Assembly: GCA_001778095.1 (NCBI GenBank)
Contig: MFGA01000006.1
Coordinates: forward strand, 6,169 to 70,168
DNA: 64,000 nucleotides
Reading direction: 5' to 3'
Origin: Candidatus Falkowbacteria bacterium RIFOXYA2_FULL_38_12
Lineage (GTDB): Bacteria > Patescibacteriota > Patescibacteriia > XYB2-FULL-38-15
Shown: one piece after another, positions 20,297 through 30,230 of the stretch
Numbering within the stretch: the stretch's first letter is position 1
Layout: each line of letters begins with the position of its first letter
Notes under the pieces: generated by a model
Told to the model about the DNA's origin: nothing
The model's database searches: none
What the model saw: only the letters and a program-made list of their open reading frames with translations
Program-made: the position numbers and the translations under genes

Positions 20297-20400
20297 TGGT
20301 GCACCACGTACAAGGCTTAGGTTAATCGGCTTGCTCGGCGGAGCAATAATCTTTGAAGTTTATTGTTTACTGAGTCATGGATGAACCTACGCCTTGTCCG
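20297..20400. repeat. tRNA-3'-associated hairpin element
   Basis: Homologous to 56187-56290. Confidence 0.8.
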
Positions 20401-20474
20401 TGGTGGACCTGGGGGGAATCGAACCCCCGCCCCCGCAATGCGAATGCGATGTAATACCACTTTACTACAGGCCC
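20401..20474 (-). tRNA. tRNA-Ala(CGC)
   Basis: GGGCCTG...CAGGTCCACCA, G3:U70, loop TTCGCAT. Confidence 0.9.
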
Positions 20475-20534
20475 ATATTGCCCCTGGTCCTCCTTCGCCA
20501 AAGCTATGGAGGGACGGGCAGGATTTTTCTTATT

Positions 20535-20606
20535 TGCCCCTGGCAGGAATCGAACCCACATCTACCCCTTAGGACGGGGCTGTTCTATCCATTGAACTAC
20601 AAGGGC
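20535..20606 (-). tRNA. tRNA-Arg(CCT)
   Basis: GCCCTTG...CAGGGGCA, loop GTCCTAA, GGTTCGATT. Confidence 0.88.
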
Positions 20607-20620
20607 AGGGTTATAAATAA

Positions 20621-20760
20621 AAATCTAAATCCTAAATCTTAAACTCTAAACAAACTCTAATTTTCCAATATTCAAAATTTTAGACAATCGTATTGTTTTG
20701 GACATTTGGATTTTGAATTTTGGATTTGTTTAGGATTTGGTGCTTAGGATTTAGGATTTA
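20621..20760. repeat. family 2 AT-rich hairpin repeat
   Basis: Matches the arms at 13012-13245 and the 16S insertion at 55350-55487. Confidence 0.85.
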
Positions 20761-20807
20761 CAAAGTTTCTGCTATAATAGTAATAAATAATAACTAAAGC
20801 GTCAAAG

Positions 20808-21860
20808 ATGAATCTTTTTTTAGGTATAGCCTTTGTCTTAATTTTAGCCTGTCTCGGGGCGATTTTTTATTTGGTCAGCCAAAAGTTTAAGGAGTTTAAA
20901 GAAGAACAAAAAGATAATCAGGCTATGCTACTACTCCAAAACCAGATGAATGAACTGACGAAGAACATTGAAACAAGGCTTAATTCCACCCAACAAACTT
21001 TTTCCGAACAATTCGGGGCGCACAATAAGGTAATGCAGGGAGTGACGGAAAAATTGACCGAGGTCAGGGAAGCCAATAAACAAGTAATAAAGTTCGCCGA
21101 GCAATTACAGGATCTTGAGGATATTTTAAAGAACCCGAAACAACGGGGGATTTTGGGAGAGTATTATTTGGAAAATGTATTAAAAAATGTTTTACCGCCC
21201 GGATCGTACGAGATGCAATATAAATTTAATGATGGAACAATTGTGGACGCGGTGATTTTTGTTAAAGATAAGGTTATTCCTATTGATTCAAAATTTTCTT
21301 TGGAAAACTATAATAAAGTGGTTAATGAGCGCGACCTCTTGGAGCGAGAGCGGTTGGAGAAGTTATTTAAGCAAGATCTTAAAAATCGCATTGACGAAAC
21401 TTCAAAATATATTAAACCAACTGAAAGAACTATGGATTTTGCCTTGATGTTTATTCCGTCCGAGGGGATCTTTTACGATCTTTTAATAAATAAGGTTGGA
21501 GTGGCTAAAGTTAACGCGCGGGACTTGATAGAATACGCTTTTAATGATAAACATGTTATTATTACCTCGCCGACGTCGTTTTTGGCCTATTTGCAAACTA
21601 TTTTGCAAGGTCTGCGGGCGCTTCAAATAGAGGAAAAAGCTAAAGAAATAGGGGAAAAGATGATTGAATTGAATAAGCATTTATTGGCCTACGAGGGGTA
21701 CTTAAAAAAGTTGGGCGGGAGTATTGGAACAGTCGTTAATACCTACAATTTTGCCTATAAAGAATTTAAGAAAGTTGACAAGGATGTTATGAAGATTACG
21801 GGCGGAAAAAGCACGGTTGAACCCGAGGTACTTGAAAAACCTATGGACTTGGGTATATAA
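20808..21860 (+). CDS. rmuC: DNA recombination protein RmuC
   Basis: N-terminal TM, coiled coil, RGILGEYYLE, IDSKF, DFALMFIPSEG. Confidence 0.92.
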   Translation: MNLFLGIAFVLILACLGAIFYLVSQKFKEFKEEQKDNQAMLLLQNQMNELTKNIETRLNSTQQTFSEQFGAHNKVMQGVTEKLTEVREANKQVIKFAEQLQDLEDILKNPKQRGILGEYYLENVLKNVLPPGSYEMQYKFNDGTIVDAVIFVKDKVIPIDSKFSLENYNKVVNERDLLERERLEKLFKQDLKNRIDETSKYIKPTERTMDFALMFIPSEGIFYDLLINKVGVAKVNARDLIEYAFNDKHVIITSPTSFLAYLQTILQGLRALQIEEKAKEIGEKMIELNKHLLAYEGYLKKLGGSIGTVVNTYNFAYKEFKKVDKDVMKITGGKSTVEPEVLEKPMDLGI

Positions 21861-21876
21861 TGAGTTTATTGACGAT

Positions 21877-21974
21877 GTCATTCTGAGCGGAGCGAAGAAT
21901 CTCCCGCGCGTGCGGGCTAGAAAAGAATATATTGCGGGCATTCGCCCGAGATCCTTCACTGCGTTCAGGATGAC
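21877..21974 (+). repeat. family 1 repeat
   Basis: Near-identical to 39410-39507. Confidence 0.9.
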
Positions 21975-22039
21975 GTTTCTACTAGATTGAATCTAAGTTT
22001 AGTTATAAAATTATTTAAAATAAGGAAGGATAAATTTTT

Positions 22040-22306
22040 ATGCCAATCAAGAAAGCAGGTTTTAAGGCAGTAAGACAAAGCAAAAAAAGTACTGCCAGAA
22101 ACTCCCGCGTCAAAGAACAATTAAAGAAATCAATCAAAATTAGTCGGAGAATGGTTGATGACAAAAAGGCGGACGAAGCAAAAGCAGAGATTTTAAAAAC
22201 AGTCAGGATGATTGACAAGGCGTCCTCTAGGGGAATCTTAAAGAAAAATACCGCCGCCAGAAAGAAGTCTCGGTTGATGAAAAAGTTGAAGGGGTTGGAA
22301 AAATAA
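22040..22306 (+). CDS. rpsT: 30S ribosomal protein S20
   Basis: IDKASSRGILKKNTAARKKSRL. Confidence 0.96.
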   Translation: MPIKKAGFKAVRQSKKSTARNSRVKEQLKKSIKISRRMVDDKKADEAKAEILKTVRMIDKASSRGILKKNTAARKKSRLMKKLKGLEK

Positions 22307-22522
22307 AATTCAAACAAAAAATCGGGTTGATGCGTCAGCCCGATTTTTGTATTGACATTTTTTAGAAAAGTGGTATATTTTTATGTTCCGAAAGATCGGC
22401 GGAACAAAGGAGAATACATGGAAGAGTATTTTTTTGACTGGACGCCGGAAAAGAAGTAGCGTTCAGCCGAGGTGAGGGGGGAGCTAGTCATCTTTTGCGG
22501 GGAGGCGTGAGAGGTGACTTTT

Positions 22523-22954
22523 TTATAAATTTTTTTTGATTAATTCGGTGATTTCAAGAAGTTCTTTTTCGGGTGATTCAGCGCGCGAACCCGGCCGGTA
22601 GAGAAATTGTCTTGGTTCGTAATCTATTATGCCGGCATCACCTTTTTTTCTAGGGAGTATGTGTAAGTGGAGATGCTTAATGTTTTGACCGGCAAGATCG
22701 CCTTCGTTCCAGGCGTAGTTGAACCCCTCAGCGTTAAAAGTTTTTATCAAAGATTTTTTTAGTATTCGTGTTAAATCAAACAACGCAAGCAATTCTGCCC
22801 CCGTTAATTCATCTATTGTCGCGACGCGTCTTTTTGGGCAGATAAGCAAATGGCCGGGAACGATTGGTATGTTTGTCGGAAAGGCAAATGCTAGTTTATT
22901 TGTTATAATAATTCTATTTTTAATTTCAGGATATTCAGTGTTAAAAAAATCCAT
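22523..22954 (-). CDS. HIT family hydrolase
   Basis: PGHLLICPKR, AGQNIKHLHLHILPR. Confidence 0.92.
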   Translation of the reverse strand: MDFFNTEYPEIKNRIIITNKLAFAFPTNIPIVPGHLLICPKRRVATIDELTGAELLALFDLTRILKKSLIKTFNAEGFNYAWNEGDLAGQNIKHLHLHILPRKKGDAGIIDYEPRQFLYRPGSRAESPEKELLEITELIKKNL

Positions 22955-22963
22955 AAAGTTTCG

Positions 22964-23305
22964 TTAAAACTTCTTTGTCAAAAAGAATATTCCCAAAAGA
23001 ATAAGGAAGACGCCCAATATTTTTAGTACAGTAATTTGTTCCTTGAAAAAATACCATGAGGCGACAAGAGTGAGGGCATACATTATTCCCGCCATTAGAG
23101 GAACGGCGGTACTCATTTCCATTTGATTGATTATTTTTACCCAGACCCAAAAGGCGCTGACATAAAGTAGGGCGCCGGCCCAGACAAATTTGTTGGTTAT
23201 CATTTCCCAGCCGAAAGTTTGTACATCAGCTTTTTTTAAAAAAACTTGAGCAGCCACGTTGGCTAGGGCGATGGCGAGGATTTCGAATAATTGGATGAGG
23301 GACAT
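22964..23305 (-). CDS. SMR/EamA-like small membrane transporter
   Basis: Four TMs, S.AVPL, FFKEQIT..KILG..LILLG. Confidence 0.85.
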   Translation of the reverse strand: MSLIQLFEILAIALANVAAQVFLKKADVQTFGWEMITNKFVWAGALLYVSAFWVWVKIINQMEMSTAVPLMAGIMYALTLVASWYFFKEQITVLKILGVFLILLGIFFLTKKF

Positions 23306-23353
23306 AAAGGTGAAGTTTATAAGTTAGTAAGTTTATAAGCTGATAAATAAGTG

Positions 23354-23461
23354 GGAGTGACAGCCTTTAGGCTGTTATTATTCAAGAAATAGGGAGAAGC
23401 GGATTTTGCCAGCGGCCGTTACGTCAATTTTGCTAAGGCGCAGGCTAAAGCCTGCTACTCC
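23354..23461. repeat. GGAGTGACAGCC-type REP-like doublet
   Basis: ggagtgacagcctttaggctgt...gcaggctaaagcctgctactcc; related copy at 36572-36640. Confidence 0.6.
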
Positions 23462-23477
23462 GGAATTACGTAGAAAT

Positions 23478-24476
23478 TTATCCAACACAAATCTCGGCCA
23501 AAAAAAGATCCAAAAGCAATCTCGGCGAAAGACTTGTTCGTTTCATCTTCATATCAATAGACAGTAATTTTTTATAGATATTTTTTAATTCCTCAAGTTT
23601 GTAATTTTTTATTTGTGCCAGAGTTTTTTGAACAACAAATGGATGAAGCCCCAAGTCGCTCGCTAAATTTTGTTTCAAGGAATAATCGCCCGGAGAGACA
23701 AATGAATATTTTTTTTCAACGGTTTCTTTGATCTGAAAAAGAATTCTAAACTGGCGCGCGAGCATGGAAAAAATATAAGCCTCTTTTAGCCCCGCTGATA
23801 TCTGCTCATTTAGTAATTTAAAGATTTGTTTTTTATTTCTATTTCCAATAGCGTCGGTCAGGCTGAAAATATCCTCGTCAAATCTTCCTTTTACAAAAAT
23901 TTTAACATCTTCCGCGGTAATAATATTTTGCTTGCTTTCTCTTTTAACAGTGAAGGCGACAAGTTTATCCAGCTCACCGGCAATTTGCCAAAGATCCGGG
24001 CCGACCAAGGTAGCTAGAAGTTCTGTTGCCTGTTTTTCTATTTCGATTTTTCTTTCCGAGACTTCTTTTGAAATCCATTGGCACAATTTTGCTTCGGGGA
24101 GGGGCTCAAATTTCTCCGCTTGCTTTGGCTTATTTAATAATTTAAAAACAGCGGAGCGCATATCGGGTATTCCTTCTTCCCAAAAGATAATGACAGCGCT
24201 TTCCGGAACTTTATTTTTTTTCAAAAATATTATCAGGTCTTCTTGCGCTTTGGCCCCGCCTTTTTTCTTTAAAAAATTTTCAATAACAATTAATTTTTTA
24301 TCGTGCAAAAAAGGGGCGGAAACAATTTCTTTTTCAATATTTTTAAATGGAGTTTTTTCCCCGTCAAAGATAAACAAATTTATCCGGCTTTTGTCGGTTT
24401 GTTTGAATCTTTCTTCAATTTGTTTTAATTTTTGGCGAGAGCGATAAGTGTCTTCGCCGTAGAGGAAGAGAATCAT
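23478..24476 (-). CDS. holA: DNA polymerase III delta subunit
   Basis: LFLYGEDTY, ELDKL, IFSLTDAI, LHPFV. Confidence 0.9.
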   Translation of the reverse strand: MILFLYGEDTYRSRQKLKQIEERFKQTDKSRINLFIFDGEKTPFKNIEKEIVSAPFLHDKKLIVIENFLKKKGGAKAQEDLIIFLKKNKVPESAVIIFWEEGIPDMRSAVFKLLNKPKQAEKFEPLPEAKLCQWISKEVSERKIEIEKQATELLATLVGPDLWQIAGELDKLVAFTVKRESKQNIITAEDVKIFVKGRFDEDIFSLTDAIGNRNKKQIFKLLNEQISAGLKEAYIFSMLARQFRILFQIKETVEKKYSFVSPGDYSLKQNLASDLGLHPFVVQKTLAQIKNYKLEELKNIYKKLLSIDMKMKRTSLSPRLLLDLFLAEICVG

Positions 24477-24567
24477 AGAAAGTTAAAAGTGAAAAATGAA
24501 AAGTGCAAAGTTACGGTTAAAATTAAAATAATTTTTTACTTTAAATTTTAACTTTTCATTTTTCACC

Positions 24568-26301
24568 TTACACTTTTAACTGTTTTTTTAGTTCTCCCCA
24601 ACTATTTCCAACTTTGATCTCCGCGATAATCGGGACTTTTAGTTTTATAATTTTCTCCATAGTGTCTTTTACAAGCTTGGCGACTTTTTCCAAATCTTTT
24701 TCCGGCACTTCAAAAACCAATTCGTCGTGTACCTGTAGAATAATTTTAGAACGGGGGCTGACTTTGGGCAAATCTCGGTGAATTTTAATCATGGCCATTT
24801 TTATAATATCAGCCGCGGTTCCTTGGATGGGCATATTGATCGCCATTCTTTCCGCCTCGGCTTTGACCATCGGAATGGGTGAGAAAATTTCGGGCAAATA
24901 GCGTTTGCGACCGAAAATTGTTTCCACATATCCCAAATCGTAGGCCTTCTCTCTTGTTTCTCGCAAAAAATTGCTGACTCCTTCGTAAACTTCAAAATAT
25001 TTTTGGATAAATTCCCGAGCTTCGGTGATGGAAATTTCCGCGCTCTCGGCAAGGCCTTTGGCGCCCATGCCGTAAGTGACTCCGAAATTAATTGTTTTGG
25101 CCGCTCTCCTTATTTCCGGCGTAACATCTTTTAAATCAATTCCCCAAATTTTGGAAGCGGTTTGGCTGTGAATGTCTTCGCCATTTTTAAAAGCTCTGAT
25201 CATTTCCTCGTCATCAGCCAAAGAGGCGATAATTCTTAATTCAATATGAGCGTAATCGGCCGCGAGTATTTTTGTTCCCGCCGGCGCGATAAAAGCTTCC
25301 CGGATTACTTTTCCGAATTCTCCTTTGGTGGGAATATTTTGCAAGTTTGGATTAGAAGAAGAGAGGCGACCGGTAGAGGTTACTATTTGATTAAAGTCTG
25401 CATGGATTCGTCCGGTTTTTTTATCAATCAATTTTGGCAATGCTTCAAGATAAGTGGAGTTCAGTTTGGCAAGCTCGCGATATTGCAACATCTCTCCGGC
25501 AATCGGGTGAGCCTTTTTTAATTTTTGAAGGTCTCCGGCAGAAGTGGAGACGCCGGTTTTTCCCTTGCTTAATCCTTGAGTTTTTATTCCCAATTTTTCA
25601 AAAAGTATTTTTCTTAATTGAATAGGTGAATCAAGATTAAATTCCTCGCCGGCCATCTTATAAATTTTTTTGGCCAGTTCGTCTAAAATTATTGTTACTT
25701 TTTTTGACGCATTATTAAGAATAGCCGAGTTGATTTTTACTCCATTATTTTCAATCTCGGCCAAAACGGGTAAAAGGGGTAATTCAATTTCTTTAAAAAG
25801 TTTTAAGAGATTGACTTCTTCGAGTTCCGGCAAGAGCGCTTCTTTCAATTGCCAAATTATCATTGCGGACTGGCGCGAATACTCAAGAAGATCCTCCGAA
25901 GAGGCGTTTTTTTCGGGCAAAGGAAAATCTTTTTGCAGTTTTGTTGAGGCGAGTGTTTCTAAATTATAATTTCTAGCGCCGGGGTTTAAGAGATAAGAAG
26001 CGATAGCTGTATCAAAAGTGATTGACTGAACATTGATGCCATTTTGCGCAAGTAGTTTGATGCTTTGTTTCAAATCGTGTCCCCATTTTTCTATTTTCCT
26101 ATTTTCAAAAATAGGTTTTAGTTTGGCTAGGGATTTTTTATCAATCGGAAGATAAAAAGTTTCAGCGCCATTAAGGCAAAAGCTGATGCCAACGATTTTT
26201 TCGTCTGAAAAAGAAGAGTTAATATTAAAAACAAAAGCTCTTTCTTTGGCGAGCTTTTTTAAAAAATCGTTATATTCATTTTTGTCTTGGGTCGAAATCA
26301 T
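24568..26301 (-). CDS. polA: DNA polymerase I, Klenow-like part (degenerate 3'-5' exonuclease plus polymerase)
   Basis: TGRLSSSNPNLQNIP, ADYAHIELR, RRAAKTINFG, LQVHDEL. Confidence 0.93.
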   Translation of the reverse strand: MISTQDKNEYNDFLKKLAKERAFVFNINSSFSDEKIVGISFCLNGAETFYLPIDKKSLAKLKPIFENRKIEKWGHDLKQSIKLLAQNGINVQSITFDTAIASYLLNPGARNYNLETLASTKLQKDFPLPEKNASSEDLLEYSRQSAMIIWQLKEALLPELEEVNLLKLFKEIELPLLPVLAEIENNGVKINSAILNNASKKVTIILDELAKKIYKMAGEEFNLDSPIQLRKILFEKLGIKTQGLSKGKTGVSTSAGDLQKLKKAHPIAGEMLQYRELAKLNSTYLEALPKLIDKKTGRIHADFNQIVTSTGRLSSSNPNLQNIPTKGEFGKVIREAFIAPAGTKILAADYAHIELRIIASLADDEEMIRAFKNGEDIHSQTASKIWGIDLKDVTPEIRRAAKTINFGVTYGMGAKGLAESAEISITEAREFIQKYFEVYEGVSNFLRETREKAYDLGYVETIFGRKRYLPEIFSPIPMVKAEAERMAINMPIQGTAADIIKMAMIKIHRDLPKVSPRSKIILQVHDELVFEVPEKDLEKVAKLVKDTMEKIIKLKVPIIAEIKVGNSWGELKKQLKV

Positions 26302-26314
26302 ACTAGATTTTCAA

Positions 26315-26442
26315 GTCATTCTGAGCGGAGCGACCGCGTGCCGCCTTAGCTTTAGCGGTGGCGCAAGAATCTCTGGGCTTGTCCCAGAATTGCTCGCATT
26401 CGCGAGAGATCCTTCCCCCGCAAAAGGCGGGGTCAGGATGAC
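26315..26442 (+). repeat. family 1 composite repeat between the polA halves
   Basis: Family 1 ends; 32-bp insert at 26334-26365. Confidence 0.85.
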
Positions 26443-26453
26443 GGCTTGGGTAG

Positions 26454-27368
26454 TTAAAACAAATTCCCCTGCGAGCCGGCCACCAAACTGTTTACTTTTG
26501 GAACAAGAGAATTAAATCCTAGCTCCTCAAAGATTTTAATAATGGGCGCAACGTCTATTTTTATTTTACAATCCTCTAAACTAAATTCAAAAGGCGCGTC
26601 CAAGACAAGAGTGACTAGTCTTTTTCCCAAGAGGACATTATCCTTTTCATTTTTTAAAATCTCCAAAGTCCGTTTTTTTATTTTTTCTATTTTTGGATCA
26701 TTTGACTCAATTGCCGAGTACAATTTTTCAATGGAATAAAATTCTTTGATAAGTTCAATTGCACCGACTTCACCAATGCCACGCGCGCCGGGAATATTGT
26801 CCGAAGGATCTCCCCGCAGTGCCTTGTAGTCAATTAATTGTTTTGGGGCAAAACCGTATCTTTCTTTTACTTTTTCTTCATCATAAAGAACAGTGTCGGT
26901 AATGCCTCTTTGTAAGGCGCAAACTTTTGTGTTGCCATCAACCAATTGCAGGACATCCATATCTCCGGTAATAACAACAGTTTCTATTTCCGGAATATTT
27001 ACTTTTTTATCAGCGCAAATTGTCGCGATTACGTCATCAGCCTCATATCGGCTTAATTCGTAGATGGGAATGTTAAATGATTTTACAATATCTTTGATGA
27101 TGGGTATTTGGGAGTAAAGTTCGTCCGGTTGTTTTGGCCTTTGAGCTTTATATTCTTTATATTCTTCGTGGCGAAAAGTTTTTTCTTTTCGGTCAAAAGT
27201 AACCGCGCCATAGACTGGCTTTAAATCTTTTATGGCTTTCATTAAAATCAGGGTAAAACCATACGCTGCGTTGACCGGCTGACCGTCTTTTTTGGAAGTA
27301 AGAGGGGGGAGGGCGTGCCAAGCGCGATGCAAAATAGCATTGCCATCAATGACGATGAATTTTTTCAT
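26454..27368 (-). CDS. 5'-3' exonuclease (PolI N-terminal/FEN domain) as a separate gene
   Basis: IDGNAILHRAWHA, YEADDVIAT, ITGDMD, LRGDPSDNIPG; ATG at 27368 (the longer call overlaps tRNA-Cys). Confidence 0.92.
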   Translation of the reverse strand: MKKFIVIDGNAILHRAWHALPPLTSKKDGQPVNAAYGFTLILMKAIKDLKPVYGAVTFDRKEKTFRHEEYKEYKAQRPKQPDELYSQIPIIKDIVKSFNIPIYELSRYEADDVIATICADKKVNIPEIETVVITGDMDVLQLVDGNTKVCALQRGITDTVLYDEEKVKERYGFAPKQLIDYKALRGDPSDNIPGARGIGEVGAIELIKEFYSIEKLYSAIESNDPKIEKIKKRTLEILKNEKDNVLLGKRLVTLVLDAPFEFSLEDCKIKIDVAPIIKIFEELGFNSLVPKVNSLVAGSQGNLF

Positions 27369-27373
27369 AAAAA

Positions 27374-27446
27374 AGGCCACGGCGGGAATTGCACCCGCGA
27401 ATAGCGGTTTTGCAGACCGCAGTGTTAGCTGCTTCACCACGTGGCC
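27374..27446 (-). tRNA. tRNA-Cys(GCA)
   Basis: GGCCACG...CGTGGCCT, loop CTGCAAA, U73. Confidence 0.9.
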
Positions 27447-27451
27447 ATTAA

Positions 27452-28096
27452 TTATTTTATAAAATTTTGGTAAATTCTATATTTCTTGATTAAATATAGC
27501 TTATTTTTTATATTCTTGTAAAGATAGCTTAGGATTTTTAATCCGTCTTGTTGAGAGTATCTCAGTTGATAACTTCTCCGACTGTTTAATGTCCTGTGTA
27601 AATTAATTTTGATGTTTTCGCTAATTAAGGCAGAAAGTTTGTCCAAAAAATTTTTGCATCCGGAAGTAAAAATAACTCTCAATGTTCCTCTGGATTTTTC
27701 GATGTGGACACATCCATCTCCGTCAAAGTATCCTCTCAAAAAACTTCCAAAATATTTTTTAGGAATAGCCGGCATTTCCAGATCAAGTGATTTGTTTGGA
27801 TGTAGCTTAAATTTACTTAAATCGTTAAAAATTTTATGGCTTCCAATTCTTAGTATAAAACGAGTCTTTCTATTATTGTTGAGGGCGGGGAGACGAACTA
27901 TTTTATGCTCTGAACCTAACGCGTTTTTAATTTTACTAATAATTTTATAATCGGTGTTATGAATTCTTAAATATAGACCTCGTAGGTAAGAAGCATCCTC
28001 TAGACTGCCATCAGCAAAAATAAATCCTAAAATATAAGCCATCTCGTACGACCATTTTTCAAAAAATTTTTCATTAACTTTGTATTTTACCCCCAT
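27452..28096 (-). CDS. free-standing double-motif LAGLIDADG homing endonuclease
   Basis: YILGFIFADGS and FLRGYFDGDG motifs; ATG 6 nt after TTGACG-N17-TATACT. Confidence 0.88.
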   Translation of the reverse strand: MGVKYKVNEKFFEKWSYEMAYILGFIFADGSLEDASYLRGLYLRIHNTDYKIISKIKNALGSEHKIVRLPALNNNRKTRFILRIGSHKIFNDLSKFKLHPNKSLDLEMPAIPKKYFGSFLRGYFDGDGCVHIEKSRGTLRVIFTSGCKNFLDKLSALISENIKINLHRTLNSRRSYQLRYSQQDGLKILSYLYKNIKNKLYLIKKYRIYQNFIK

Positions 28097-28182
28097 ATTT
28101 GCAGTATATATCCTTACGACTAGCTCGTCAAAACTATGTACCAAAAAAGGTTGCTTTTCGCAACCTTTTTTAAATCTCTTTT

Positions 28183-28668
28183 TTAGAATATTTCCATTTT
28201 TAGTGTTCTGACTCCAAATTGTTTGGCCTCGCCTCTTGTTTCCATCCAAATATCAGCCCTCTTCGTATATCTTTGGTTCATCCGGTCTTCCACGATATAG
28301 ATTTTATCTTTGTCGTAATCGGGAAAACGGACTTTTGTTCCAAAGCGGAGGAAGTTCGCGGCAAGAGTGCCGGGGTGCACCGTTGACCCGGAAGCGGTGA
28401 TAAAAGGAGTATCGTCAGTTTGGTCCGGTGTGCTGGAATAGGCTGTCACGACAACAGTAATTGTCCTTCGGCCGGTAATATTTTCAGCTTTGGGTAAAGT
28501 GCCGGCAACAAAGGGTTTTTCAATAGCTAAGGGATTAACTTGTAAAAGATCATTTGGCGGGATAAAAGAAGTCTCCGCGGAAGTTGTCTTGGGTAGAACT
28601 AGGTCAGCCATTATCGCGAAAATTACGGCAAAATGGGCTACCGAAGAAAGCTTGTTTTTAAAGTTCAT
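28183..28668 (-). CDS. 3D-domain (MltA/YocH-like) cell-wall protein
   Basis: VTAYSSTPDQTDDTPFITASG, VEDRM, ADIW. Confidence 0.88.
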   Translation of the reverse strand: MNFKNKLSSVAHFAVIFAIMADLVLPKTTSAETSFIPPNDLLQVNPLAIEKPFVAGTLPKAENITGRRTITVVVTAYSSTPDQTDDTPFITASGSTVHPGTLAANFLRFGTKVRFPDYDKDKIYIVEDRMNQRYTKRADIWMETRGEAKQFGVRTLKMEIF

Positions 28669-29039
28669 ATTGTTTTTTCTTTGTTCTCCTCCTTTGTTTT
28701 TACTTTAATTTAAAACAAAATCCCTTATATTCGGGATTATTCAATATACCATATTTTGGGGTTTTTGTCAACCCTACCCAAAGTTTAGGTTGATCAACTT
28801 TTTCGGCTCGCCTCGCTAAAGCTATGGCGAAGCGGGCGGAGCAATAACCTAAAAAGATGATTTGTTTACCGAGTAATTGACGAACCTGTACTTTGGGCGG
28901 GGTCAATGGGCTGTATTTGGGGCGAGTGGTGCATACTTAACTTCAATCTTGCAAATGTCAAACTCCATTGACAAAGATATATATATGCCTTAATGGACTT
29001 ATCTCCGACTTTTGGATGTCGGAGGAAAGGAGGGCAGAA

Positions 29040-29369
29040 ATGCCCATTGTTGTTATATTACTAAAAGAAAGTAACGATGAAAGTAACGGGAGTGTCCGCG
29101 TAGTGAGAGACTTGGGGGAGGAAAAAGATGGGGAAATTGAGGTGTTCTATTCCAGCGCGGGGGATCTGGAAAGAATTGCGTTGGAGGCATTTTTTGCCGG
29201 GGTGAGATATGGGGAGGGGGAGGTACCTCCACCCATTATCCGCTCGAGGGGCACTCCTCGCCCCGACCCCGATATTGAGCTTGAAGAAGACGACAGATGT
29301 CTCATTCTCGAGGGGGCGGCGGCTGATCAATGGAGACTGAAACAGGCGGAGAGGGTGGAGAAGGAATAA
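29040..29369 (+). CDS. hypothetical G-rich orphan protein
   Basis: Strong SD (ggaggaaaggaggg) before ATG; TTGACA at 28968. Confidence 0.55.
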   Translation: MPIVVILLKESNDESNGSVRVVRDLGEEKDGEIEVFYSSAGDLERIALEAFFAGVRYGEGEVPPPIIRSRGTPRPDPDIELEEDDRCLILEGAAADQWRLKQAERVEKE

Positions 29370-29692
29370 CAACAAAAACCTTCCGTACAGGGAAGGTAAA
29401 ATATTCTGCCCCAAAAAGAGGGGGGCGGAGGAAGGTTTGGCTGTACACAAACCACCTTCTAATGTATATCAGTCTTGATTGGTGTTTATTAGAAGAGAAA
29501 TAACCCTTGCTAGGGTTATTTTTTGTTAGAGACGATTTAGTAGAGGCAAAACCTCTATCGCCATAGAGGTTTCGCCTCTATTGGTGCTCTACCCGCGCTC
29601 TTGCCATATTTTTCCCCTTATGTTAGAGTAAAAAAAGGTTCAAAGGGCAATTTTAACTTTTGAAATTTTAATTTTGTTGTAAAAATTTAATT

Positions 29693-30202
29693 ATGAAACA
29701 TTACGAGCTGTTATGTATTATTCCAGCGCGATATACTGAAGGGGAGCTCGCCGGAGTAGAGGGAAAAATAACCGACTTAGTCAAAAAATACGAAGGAGAA
29801 GTAACTTTAACTAAAAATTTAGGCAATATTAAATTGGCCTATCCTATAAAAGGCACCCAGAACGCCGTTAGTCTTGTTTTAGAATTTAATGCCGACCCGT
29901 TGAAAATAAAAGACTTGGATAGTATTTTAAAATTGACTCCGGAAGTATTGCGCCATCAATTGGCCAACAAAAAAGTAAAAACACAAGCGGAAATAGATAA
30001 AGAAAAATTACGTAAAGAAAAAATGGAACAAAGATTGATTGAAAAAGAGAAACAAGAAGCGGAAGCCTCTAGCACTCCTCTCGTTGAAGAGATAAGGGTT
30101 GAAGCGGAAGAAAAGAAGGAAGCTCCGACCAAACAGCCAAAAGTCAGCTTGGAAGAATTGGATAAAAAATTGGGAGAAATTTTATCAGGAGATATTATAT
30201 AA
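29693..30202 (+). CDS. rpsF: 30S ribosomal protein S6 with charged C-terminal extension
   Basis: MKHYELL, LG.IKLAYPIK, VLRH; rpsF-ssb-rpsR synteny. Confidence 0.93.
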   Translation: MKHYELLCIIPARYTEGELAGVEGKITDLVKKYEGEVTLTKNLGNIKLAYPIKGTQNAVSLVLEFNADPLKIKDLDSILKLTPEVLRHQLANKKVKTQAEIDKEKLRKEKMEQRLIEKEKQEAEASSTPLVEEIRVEAEEKKEAPTKQPKVSLEELDKKLGEILSGDII

Positions 30203-30230
30203 AGACAGTTAACTTTTAACATTTGACTTT

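Noticed and set aside
27374-28249. Intron-split tRNA encoding the LAGLIDADG protein; extended ORF starts at 27440 and 28249
   Set aside because: tRNA-Cys is complete; the longer ORF calls overlap the tRNA or the upstream gene and terminator.
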